Assembly (NCBI GenBank): GCA_043228905.1
Contig: JBHGNT010000004.1
Location: 15,128,001 to 15,192,000 of the forward strand
Direction: 5' to 3'
Source: Azolla caroliniana
Taxonomy: Eukaryota; Plantae; Polypodiophyta
DNA length: 64,000 nucleotides
Positions 25,045-36,800 of the stretch are shown here, in pieces. The position numbers were made by a program, and so were the translations under genes. The notes under the pieces were generated by a model. It did no database searches, was not told where the DNA came from, and saw only the letters and a list, made by a program, of their open reading frames with translations. Within the stretch, counting starts at the first letter, position 1. Each line of letters starts with the position of its first letter.

Positions 25045-25155
25045 CATGCGCTGAAGATGTACAAGCAGGATAACCATATTCAGAAGTCGCGTTTTGGATC
25101 ATTCATCCTCCCAGAATGTGTTGGGACTGAAACATCCAAAGTCAAAATTCGTTGA
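25045..25155 (+). CDS. Host gene probable last coding exon (HALKMYKQ...KIR*)
   Basis: Poly-T tract, then CTGTAG| acceptor. The joined peptide DDVYK|HALKMYK resembles the family C-terminal helix. TGA at 25153-25155. Confidence 0.6.
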   Translation, partial: HALKMYKQDNHIQKSRFGSFILPECVGTETSKVKIR

Positions 25156-25194
25156 TTAAAAAAAGGGTAAGGGCCAAAAAATATCATTGAAGTT

Positions 25195-25565
25195 ATAAGG
25201 AGGTAATTCCTAGTCTATTCCTCATTCTTTATATGCAAAAAACCTGAAGCAGATTTTTATTATTCAAAATTAAGGCAGAATAAGAAAAGTTGTAAGGGCA
25301 AATATCATTACATTTAGAATTCAACTTACATAAAACTGAAATGACAATCGGGTTTTGTGGATATGGTGCAGGTTGAAGTTTTGGACGTTGTTCCTAGTGA
25401 ATTGTTTTTCATCATTTTGTTATATGCAAAAGACCTACGCAGATATTTAATTAACTCAAATTAAGGCAGAATAAAAAAGGGTTAAAGGCAAATATCATTA
25501 CATCTGAAGTTTTTCTTACATCAAACTGAGGCTAGTATGCGGTTTTGTGGATATGGTTCAGGTTA
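25195..25565 (+). repeat. Local ~180-190 bp tandem duplication downstream of the stop codon
   Basis: Two copies of TATATGCAAAA...AAATTAAGGCAGAATAA...GGTTTTGTGGATATGGT.CAGGTT. Confidence 0.75.
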
Positions 25566-26913
25566 AATCTTTGTATAATTTCACTGGGAACAGGGCAAGA
25601 GGTGCTGGATAGCAATCATTTGCAATCAAATGTATTAATGGAGTACCTGACATACTGAGCCAGTGCTGCAGCATGGACATGATACATAAAATTCTTGCAT
25701 ATATTTCTGAAAAGACAAGGAGAGCTCGGGATACGATTAGGAAATGCAGTTGTTAATTACAACTGTGTTATGAGAAAGTACCCTCTATATACACACTTAC
25801 AGTTTCAAGGCTCCCAAAGTTACAAGCACTGTAAAGAAAAATAGCCAAAGATTGGAATTTCACAAGACACATTTCAAGTAAAGATATCCTTCTGGAAGCA
25901 GTAGTGTGGAGCACAGTGAGTTGTGAATCAACCTTCGGCCGCAAATATGGCCTGGTACTGATGGCTGGTGGTATCAGTAAGCTTTATTTTTGAATTTGCA
26001 AAGATTCTGTTTTATGTCTGTATTTTGCATGGTGCCAAACTTTGTGGAAAATTTTCATTTGATCTTATTTGTGCCCACATCTATAGCTGCTTTGTTTCCT
26101 TATGATTTCATAATCTCTTTTTTTCTCTCTTGTTGATTATTACATGAGTCTTAGTAGAGATTGAGCTCAAGTCTGGTTTCAGACATTGAATGTCTTCTTA
26201 TTTGACTGAAGGACCATGTCAAAAATCTACTAACATGGGTGCACACACAGCTATAAATAACCCATCTTTGTGACTTACTGAGATATGTAAGCACTTTTTC
26301 TGTTGAAGTTCTTTAATAGTGAAGTTTTGATGTTTTTCTTCTTTGAAATTGCTATGGTGCAACTTTATGTTTGCATTTGCAAAAGACCCTAGTATCCAAA
26401 TGTGGGCAAGAGATTGACAACAAAAATATTGCATTGTCTTTTTTGCAGAGAATCGTACATTGAAATAGATGGTCTATATCAATCTAAAGATTGTCGCAAG
26501 TTCAGATCACACCACTAGTTTGCTAAAAAAACACTTAATTATTCATTGACATATTTGTTGAATTAGAGTTATAATTGTGGTGGGGGTAAAGTTCGTTCAT
26601 GTTCATAGAAGTGGTCAGTTCTGCAATTAAGAGATTAAGAATCTCCTATTGGTTTCAAGTAGTGTTTTGCCACTGTCAACAAATATTTTGTGATTTGGTA
26701 ACGATCTTAAATTCTTTAGAAATCTCTAAATGAACGGTGTACAGTGGAACAAATTTCGAATATCCAATAACCAAAATTTCCACATTTTGTTGTATATCTA
26801 AGTGAGTTTTCATTTCCATGTCTATGGAGTTTTCATTTATCAATTTTGTGTGAATTTATTACAAGAGTATAGAATTTGAATGTGTCATGGTTGATATGAT
26901 TAGCGTAAACAAT

Positions 26914-29900
26914 TGTTGGCCTAGAGTATGATCCGGAGGTTTAATGTGTAAAGGACGAGTTGGAGAATAATACTATAATTAGTAGGATAATTATTAGTTA
27001 GGAAATATTATAGGAATGGACGGATCCGGATACTTGTACCGATTCGGATTTGCATCGATTAATAGTGCTGGTAGTTGGAAGGCACCATTTTGTATTGCCT
27101 ACTGGATGCCTATAAAAGGGTCTGTAATTGATGTAATTGGTTTAATGGAATTAATATGAGATTGGTGCTCTGTTTTAATTCTGTTGTGTCTCTGTGTACT
27201 TCTTTTGCGCTTCAATTGTTAATGTTAGGCCTGTCATAACTAATCTGTTGTCTTAACAATCTAGAAGTAACTGGAATTAGTCGGATTGAGTCGAATAGCC
27301 GGATAATATCCATCCCTTAACCGCCCCTTTGGTGAAGTGTTTTGAAACGGACACCTTGTCTTTGATGCTAAGTCCAGTGAGATAGTCCCACAATTCATCA
27401 TCTGATTCTAGACATTGCATAGTCAGCTTGCAAGGGCACCTCTAGATGATGAGGCAAAAACATTCTTTTTGGCTGTGCTTCGAGAGCTGCACCAGACAAT
27501 GCTATCAGTGTTGAACTTTTGGACCAACACCATGGATGAAGTCACCCACCGGGTGTGGGAAATGGATGAGGCCCAAAATAGTAATTACATGGTGATGGGG
27601 GTCTTGCAACTAGCGTTACCTAGAGAAGAAAACCTGTGATTTCGGCAAGTAGTGTAGTGCACATGTCTCAACCTCGGCCACTCCACATTGGAATGTACAA
27701 TGTGGACCCAATGCATGTTGTGTAACTTTCGGTCACACCATGGAGCGGTGCGAGTACAATCTATTAAATCAGCAAGCAACACTCGTCTGACACATTGAGC
27801 CCCAGGGTGGGCAATGACCAGAGGAAGATCGATTTTGGGAAGATGATTGATATCGATCAGAATGCCGTTATCGTTATGATGACACATGATGAGAAGATTA
27901 TGACCGAGACCACCATGAAAGGGATTAATCTCCGAATTATGACTTGCGAAGAGAGGAAAGAAGGTTTTCAAAATGGCAAGCGTACCCGGACTAGGACAAA
28001 CGAGGATACTGCAATAACTGATGGCACCCGAATAACTGTAGAGGAAATTTTCGATGAGATGAGTGTTGAGAGATGATCTGGGAATATCATTGAGAACCGA
28101 ATACAAATCCGTTCGTACCACGACCGAAGCAACAGAGGTTGAAGGATACCAAACGGATGAATTTCGGTATCTAGTCGGGAAATGCAGAAAAAGGGGAAAC
28201 GAGCGGTAATAAAAAAGTATATTGTTATTATTGTTGACAAGAAGGCCATTATAGTAGCAATTGCTCGAGAAAAGCCAAAGAGAAACAACTGACAGTTAAC
28301 ATGGTGACCATTGAAGTCATGGATGTACAACAAGTCAGCACTTGATCAAAAGGAAAGGCTGCAGATTGGGAAACCAAGGAGGCAATCCGGAAGCAGGGTA
28401 CAGAGTGGATACGAAAGGCTAATGAAAGGAATGTGGCCGAATGGAAAGAACAAACCAAGTTTTTGGAAGCACCAATCGAGAGCATGAAGAACGACCCGAC
28501 TTGGTAGGCTTTGCAACAATGTCAGATTTTGTTGTCACTAGGTCGGCTTTTGCAATTGGTTCCCAGATTTACGAAAGGGTTAAAGTCGGCATTGTCACCA
28601 CACAATCCGGAGCTGACACCAATATGCTTCTCAAATCCAAAGGAAGGACCTAGCATGGTAGACACAAGCAGTCTGACAGTAACGGTCATCATTAAGGGAA
28701 GTGAGGTACTAGGAACGATTATTGACGAAGGATCCGACATGAATGTAATCAATTGACAGACTTGTGAAACACTAGGCATCAATGAATGGGAACCATGCCC
28801 ATTTTGGCTACGTATGGCAGATACTAGTTCGGTCCGGTAAATCAAACTCATCCGAAACCTTGACATCATGATTGAATGTCATGCGTTCTGTATTTCCGCT
28901 GTGGTATTACAGTTCAACGCACCGGGGGCATACCCCCTATTATTGGGAAGGACATGGTTGAAAACAACACACATTAAGCAGAATTGGTAGAAGAATGTGA
29001 TAACTTTCAAACGAGGGAAAACCAAAGTTTAGGTACCAACCCAGGAATGGGTTGGTACGATCAAGCAGGTAACACCCCTATATGCTGAAAGTATCAATAT
29101 GCTGGATGGATTGACGGATAACGAAATTGACCTGTACTTAGATGAACATCCCAAGATTGTATCGCTTTTCGAGGTAGATGTAGTTGAAGCTGTCACGCCG
29201 TACGTTACACACTGGGAGGACGAATTCGATGAGTCGGATTAGGCGGCAGTCCGGGAACTCCAGTAGGCATAGGAATCGTTAGAGCAAGGGATGGTCATAT
29301 CCCAACGAGTAAAGGCATTCAAATTGGAGGAGGTCGACCTCAGGACAAGTGAGGCGTCCAGACCGGTCAATGTGGCGAAGGAAATGCCATCTAATAAAAA
29401 ACGGCAATGATCGAACTATTGAAAGAATAAGGATGTCTTTGCATGGTCCCATGAAGATATGCGGGGATTGGACCCCAACCTCTATCAACATAAGATCCCG
29501 CTCAGTAAGGATGCGAAACCGGTAGTGCAGAGATGATATTGGATGAACCCGAATTATGCGCTAAAGGTGAAAGAAGAAATTGATAAATTGATGAGAGTAG
29601 GTTTTATCCGGCTGATGAAACACGCCATGTGGTTAAGTTCGAGAGTCGTAGTACCGAATAAGAACGAGAAAATTAGGGTTTGTGTCGACTACCGGAAACT
29701 CAACGTAGCCACGGTGACGAATGCCTTTCCGACACCATTTACGGATGGCGTATTGGACGTGGTAGTCGGACATGAAGTTTACAACTTCCTAGACGTATTT
29801 AGTGGGTATAATCAAATCTAGATGCATCCGGACTACCAGGAAAAGATGACCTTCGTGACAGAATGGGGAGTGTTTGTTATAGTAGTCATGATGTTTGACC

Positions 29901-32482
29901 TTCAAGCAACCGGAGGAGCATAAGGACCATACAACCGGCGAAATTCCAACGATATCGGAGGAACAAAAGGACTAGGCAACCTACGGAATTTCGATGATAT
30001 CGGAGCCGGTACAATCGGAAACTCTCGGATGACCCAATGACACTTAGTATGACAAGGTAACCCAGGCCATACAACAAAAAGAAAAAGAAAAAGATGAAGA
30101 AGATATTATTCCAGATTATGAACGATCACCATGAAAAGGCGTGTGACGTCAACCTATTTAAAGATCACCACGTGGAGTAATCATGCTATTACGGTATACG
30201 ACGTGCATGTATGAGAATCAAGAAGAGGCAGGTGTGAACGATGGGGGTACAAAATTTCCAGACAAATGAGGGAGTCTCATTTCATGAAAGAAAGATCTTA
30301 TGAGCACAGAGGGCGCAGGCTTTCGGAAAAAAACAGGTACTCAACAAAGCACAGGCGCTCAACTGTAGAAGCGACCTCGACGATGAACAAACTGAACCCA
30401 TGGCACTCTCGAACGCAACACGAGATTGGCTCATCAAGAACGGCCTCGAAGGCTGAATCATCAGAGTAGCCGAGGCACCACCGCACGAGGAACCAAAGAA
30501 GATAGTGCAACGACTATTGACCTTGAGGAACTCTCCGAAGGAACAATGTAGACAGTTATCAGATTATCTTTCGGAGGCCTGTACTCCATTGAGAATCCCT
30601 CAAGACAAATCTTGACAGACTATTTTGGCAAGTTCTCAATCGCAAGCAAGGCGTACCGGACACAAGGCAACAAAGTTCCCCTATTCCGGGAAGTGGCTCG
30701 GGTGTTACTCAAGTATGGATTTGTTCATCCCCGACCACTCGCCATGCCAAAAACTAGGGCCGTCTTCATCATCGCAATATTTGAAGGCCTATAGGTCGAC
30801 TAGCCGGTAATAGTGGTTGACTCCTTATTGACGGCGATTGCGGCCGTGCTGGTCGACAAGAAAGCTTAGGTCGGATTGGCACAGTGGCTGATGGTCCTGC
30901 CACCACCAACGCGCGCCATCAAACTGAAGAAACGGGTATGGCCGGAGACCACACCAAATAAACAATCGAAATGGCAACAACTCCTGGCAAAACAAAGGAG
31001 CTGGGAAAGGCCAAGGAGTTCACAGGGCTCATGTCAAATATGAACCAAAGCACAAGCTGAAGAACAAAGCCGGTAGAACCAGATAATCAATGGAAGAAAG
31101 CTCCGGAAAAGGAAGCAGGACCGGTGTCTAGCACAACCCCGGAAAAAGAATGTGAGCGGAAGAAAGAACTGCAAACATTAAAGGAGGAGTTGGCCACTCA
31201 AGAAGCACTAAGAGAGAGGGAGAGAGATCACAATAAGACAACCGAGGAAGAGAAACAGAGAACCGAGGAAAGTCTCTAGAAGAGTCAAGCAAACAATGAC
31301 CGACAGAAGGAGGAAAGAGAGAATTTGCTACAAGAGAAGGATAAGCTGTGGAGAATGGTGGAGACAGAAATAGAAATGCTAAAGGAAGAAATCTGGTCAT
31401 AGGTCAACTAATGCTTAAAATGGAATACAGAGGACTTCGAGAAGTTGTACCGGGACCATAAGTAATTGGAGGCAGAACATAAGAAGCTAGGGTCCGATTA
31501 TGACCGGTACGACAAGAAAAGCTAAAGGAGGCCTGGACAGAGTTAAAGGAAAAAATGGAGGCGCTGATGAATCAAGGGAAGATGATGGCTGAGATGACGA
31601 CGAACGTGATGGAGGAAGTGGCGAAAGAAAGAATGGAGCTCACATCGTAGGACTACCAGGAGTTGGAACGTGCGAAGGTGGTTTTGGATAAGGTGCAAAC
31701 AACCTACCAAAACAAATTGATGGAATATGAAGTGCAAGCAACTGTTGTTGCCGACCTCATCAAACAGCTTAAGAATGAAAAAGAGGCCATGAAAGACAAA
31801 ACAGAACTGGACAAGAGGTATGACCCCAAATACTCTGGGCGCGAAGAATCGAAAGAAGGCCGAGGACCATTTTTACAAAATGGATGAAGAAAGCATTGTT
31901 ACCATCCGGGAAGAATTGTTAGATGACTTTTTGGCCTTGGCCGAACACAAATTGAGGTTGTTCGGAAGCTCATCGAAAGGCTTGAAGACGATCAACTCGA
32001 CACACAACTACAGTTCGAGAGCTATGAGCGGGAGCGCCGGCGGAATGAAGTGGAAACGCGATTGGAGGCCATTAACATTAGTGATGAAGAGCCACAACCA
32101 CAACCACAACATGAGTTTCAACTGGATCAGCAACCGGAAAGGGCCGGAAATGAGCAAATGGGAGGAGCCGGAACAGACCAACCGGAAGGAGCCGGAGCAG
32201 AGCAACAACAACAACAACAGTCAGAGGAGCAACAACAATAGATGAAAGAACCACTCGAGCCTTTGGATCAAAGTATCCTGAACATACTTGACGAGGATTG
32301 AGGGGGCTGACCATGGGTTCGACGTGCAATGCACTGTCCCACGGGCGTGCCATGTGTTGGCCTAGAGTATGATCCGGAGGGTTAATGTGTAAAGGACGAG
32401 TCGGAGAATAATATATAATTAGTAGCATAATTATTAGTTAGGAAATATTATAGGAACAGATGGATCCGGATAGTCATACCGA
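26914..32482 (+). mobile_element. Decayed non-chromovirus Ty3/gypsy element G1 (moss/fern Phygy-like), internally deleted, with extra 3' ORF
   Basis: Direct repeats TGTTGGCCTAGAGTATGATCCGG at 26914 and 32355; the right LTR is cut by a LINE tail. gag fragment at 27415, protease IIDEGSDMNVI at ~28720, RT MNPNYALKVKEEIDKL...VCVDYRKLN at 29543-29900. The rest of pol is deleted. Confidence 0.85.
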
Positions 32483-33834
32483 TGAAAGAGCACCATGAGA
32501 GAGAGAGAGAGAAAGAGAGAGAGAAATTAACATCTTCTAAGTCCAAATTTGGCCAATGAAACAATTGATTACATTAATGAGATGTGTACCCAATCACCCA
32601 AAATAAACATAAATAAAGGAGTTTCAGTGAGGTACAAAACATATTACAATGTGTAGCATGTGTAGTTAGATTAATTTCATTTTCACCCAAGTCTCTTGAA
32701 AAAGAGTGGGGAGTTGAAGGGTTTCGATGCAGGTGTGGTTTTTGGTCTCTGTGATTTAAATGGTATACCAACCATGGTTTCTAGGTGGGGTAAGTAATGT
32801 TCCCATATCTTCTTAATTGCTTTTGCACAACGACTGACTTTGAAGCTCGGTATCCGAGGGCGTTTGGTTGTTCTTGGTTTTTGCTTCGACCTGGGAGAGG
32901 TTGAGTGATATAGGAGTTCTAGATTCCGCATTCCCTTGTGTTCTTAAAAACAATTCAACCACCACATGTTGGTGAATATTAGAAAAGTTATGGTTAACAT
33001 TTTGTAGCTTATTCTCTCTATGTCGTTCTAACTCTAAGATATGCCTACCTAGTGTCTTTATATATGAGGTATCCAATAGTTTGCTTCAACGAGGGAGAGG
33101 TCAAGTGATGCAAGTGTGCACATGTTCATCATTACGTTGTGTTCCTAAAAAAAATTCAGTGGTCACATGTTGGTGAATATTAGAACGTTTATGGTTAACA
33201 TTTGGTAGCTTATTCTCTCTATGTTGTTTTAACTCTAAGATATACCTACTTGGTGACTTTATATCTAAGGTATAGTTGGGAGAGGGTCCAAGCATGTTTT
33301 GATATTTTTCCCTTAACTTGACTTATGTTGGACATTTGCATGTAAAATGATACTTATCCTCAGAGTCTACCTCTATGTGACATAATGTACATATTTTTTC
33401 CTCTCTAGGAACTCCATTAGCTCGAGCATCTTCAATCTCAAGTTGGTGGGATGATACTCTAAGTTGTCCAATGACAACCATTAGTGCATTTGGTAAGAAC
33501 ATATCTAGATATTTTGGTCTTGTAATAAAACCTAACTTGAAGTGTTTCTTATGGTATAACATTTTAGATGGGAGTTGCTCTAGTGGGTTGATCCATTTAT
33601 GTTGACTATAAATTTTCCATATTTCTAGGTGTATCACTTTATTATTGTCCTCATGAGCGATAAAACTCTTATTGATCTCATGGTCATACCTAAGACGAGG
33701 TAGGTTATTAATGTTTAGGCCGTTTCCAAAATGGCAACTTACCACAATACTATACTAGCAGCTAGTATCTTCAGACTTATAGAATGATCAAGATGCCTTG
33801 AAAGCTTAGTTCATGGGATATCCTATCACGTGAT

Positions 33835-36800
33835 TGTTATCCCCTTCTTCGGAAGCAACACCTTCGATTGTCCTTACGAAAATCGGATCAAGGGGTCATG
33901 GTACGTGGTGGAAAGAAAAATAGAATGTGCAGGAGATTGGCTCTGCAATCAGTGTCGTGTAACGAAATGATCATCGTCACTTAGCCATAGGATATGATCT
34001 TATTTCAAGAATAAACTTCTAAGTGTGACCGTAAACATAGAAAAGAATAGACCAAAAACCATATATATTTATATTACTAGTGGAGTAACAACGATACATG
34101 GCTCACGGCCGGAGTTACAAAAGTATGATCAGATGCTTATAATATCCTATTGTAGCTAAGGGACTTCCTATCTCCTCTGTTCGCCCTCTCTTTTGATTTC
34201 TCCTTCACATTTTATAGCTTTTCCTTTGCTCGGCGTGCTTCAGTCTTCTATCGTTTTTGGCTCCATGTATTGCTGATGTGTTCATTCGGCTGCATGTTTC
34301 TTGTTACTTACCCGATTATGGTTGCCTTCACCTACTTTGCCTACCTTCAGATTCATTTCACACTTAATATACAAAAATTGGCCCACGAACAACACCTAGC
34401 ACGCCCGTGGGACAATGCTTTCGCACGTTGAACCCACCATAATCGAAAGAAGATTCGCAAAAAAATACACTCATTCCTCGGTCAAAATGTCGAGGATGCC
34501 TTTGGAGGTTGGGTGCACGATTGGTTACTCCGTCATAACTGTTGAGATAGCTGGTTCTAGCTCATTCTATGGGGTCTGCTCGGCTGAAACATCGGGCTCG
34601 TGATCGGTATCTGGACCCATAGTGTTGGTGGGGTGGGGGCTTCCTCTTCGTGTTCTATTTGTTGTGCCGTCTCTGGGAAGGCCCATTCGGTTTCTAGCAT
34701 AAGCAACAATTGGTTGTCGTTGAATTCCTTAACGAGGCTTTCGATTACCATGGTGTGTGTTTTTGCCAAGCCTAGAAGTCCTTGATGAGGTCTTCTCAGA
34801 CCATTTGTATAATTTTCGTCTATTTTGTAGAAACCACGACCTTCTTTCTTTCGATTCTCGGCGCCAGCCCGTAACACCTAAAGTTCGACAACTTGAGCCG
34901 AGCATTCCTTCCAGCCGCTAGCGAGAGTCTCTTCGACCTTCCGGTTGAGCTTCTGTCGTTGTTTAACCACCAGGGTGTGGAGTCGTTCCTCATGAATCTC
35001 GTACTTGGCTTGGAGTGCGGCCGTCTCGCTTTTAGCTTCTTCCGCCTCGCACTGCAGTTTGGCTTTGATGACATGTTGAGGGCGGTGATCCTTGTCTCTG
35101 TTTCGGCTATTAATTGGTCGAACCGGCGGAGGAGACGATTCGTGCTGTCTGTTGATTTCTTCAAATACTGCTCACGTTGCCTTTCGAGTTCCAACACCGA
35201 GTTTATTTGATGTTCGTGAAGGGAGTCCGCCAGTTGGCATCACTCCTGCTCGGTTTGGTTCAATTTTTGCAGGAACTAATTGGAGTGAACCCGTAATTCC
35301 ATGAGCTCCTTGTTAGAGATGCGACTTGTGCGACAACAATGTCCTATGTAGACTTAAGAGATGTTGCGGTGTTGTTTTCGGCCTCTTAGAGCTGGGCCAT
35401 CCGATCGTGGAATAGTTTCTGTAGTTCGACTTCCCTCTTTGCGGTCTGCTCCTTTATCTTCTTAGCCTCCTCTCTATCCTGCTCGTATCGCTCTTTGGCC
35501 TTGTGTAGGGCGATGTCTTCTTCATAGTTGCGAATGGGTGTGCTGATATCTTCCTCCAGTTGAGTGGATATCGTCGTTTGTTTGCAAGGGCTTGTTGGGT
35601 CAGTTTGAGTGGTTATATCGACCAGCTCGACGCAACTTGGTAATTCCGTTTGGGTCGACGCTTCGTGTGGGTTGGAAGTGGGATGGGACGGAGCAAGCGT
35701 GATGGTCTGACCCATTGCTTGGAGTTGTTGCTCGAGTTCGGTCCTCTGGGTCTCGGATGCCTGCCACAATTTTGTGGCGTTCTTTGCTAGCTGCCACGCT
35801 AATTTATAGTTGATAGCCATGTCTTTTGCCGCGCATGTTGTTCTGCCCAGTTCACGATATGTTTCCACGAGTGCCGTGTTAAGCTCCGGAAGCTCAATGC
35901 GTGTGTGACGTTTCTTTGTGACTCTCTTCCGTCCTACTTTTTGTAACTTGGGCTTGTCGTCATCGTTGACCAATGCCCTTTCCACCATCTGTTGTTCGAC
36001 GTGTTCTTGGGCCATGCGGGCCGCTGCAACGACTTGGAGACAAGCCAAGAGGTCGATGATCTCGTAAGCCGTGCCGTGCTACAAAATGGCTCCAAGCTCG
36101 TATGCCTCCTTGGGAAGATCCTTGAAGGCTAGTACCCCGTTTTCCAAGAATCATGATTGTTGGCCCTATTCGATTGGTCTGTTGAGGGCGAGCATGGTGT
36201 CTGGAACTACCGTGACTGATTTGTCCGGACGACAACCAACTAGATATCTTTAGTCGTGGATGTTGTTGTTGTCTGGTTGTCACTGCGGCGGTTGATTTGG
36301 CAGCGTTTCGCGACCGGGTTCTTTGGAGCTGTACGGACTTGTGACTTCTCTTCGTTTGGAGTTCTATTGAGCTGGAAGTCTTCGAATCAGGTTTGCGGCT
36401 TTCGGTATGTCTGTTTGGCCGGTCTTGGGTAGGGGTAGTGCGTGGCGAAGTGCCTTTGGGCATGGGGGTGATGGGCTTGTCGCGGCCGTGGATTGTGATG
36501 TTATAGATATTTTCCGTGGTTGTCTTGGCCGGTATTGGAGTAGGGGTTGGGGTTGGAGTATCTTCGTTCCATTCTTCTTGCGGCAACTGCAAGGTTCGTT
36601 GTCGCTTGGCCCGAGTGGGGCGAGTGGGAAGCACCAAGGTTTGGCGTTGTGGTGTTGGTGTTTGGGGAGGGTAAAGCACGACTATGTAATGTGTTAATAC
36701 CGGAAGAAAACACTTACCTGATTGGAAGGAGGCTAAGGCAGTACAATTTCCTTCCTAGTGAGTATAGCCCAATTGACAGCTCCACCTCGATATGCCGTGA

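Noticed and set aside
25594-25683. Possible further coding exon of the host gene
   Set aside because: An in-frame stop occurs at 25153-25155 before the next good donor. It may be 3' UTR and cannot be supported without transcripts.
27313-27330. Minus-strand PPT-like tract suggesting gypsy G1 has LTRs oriented antisense to gag-pol
   Set aside because: G2 has a normal sense-strand PBS at its 5' LTR. In G1 the LTR end, PBS and gag start appear deleted near 27360, so this tract is probably LTR-internal.
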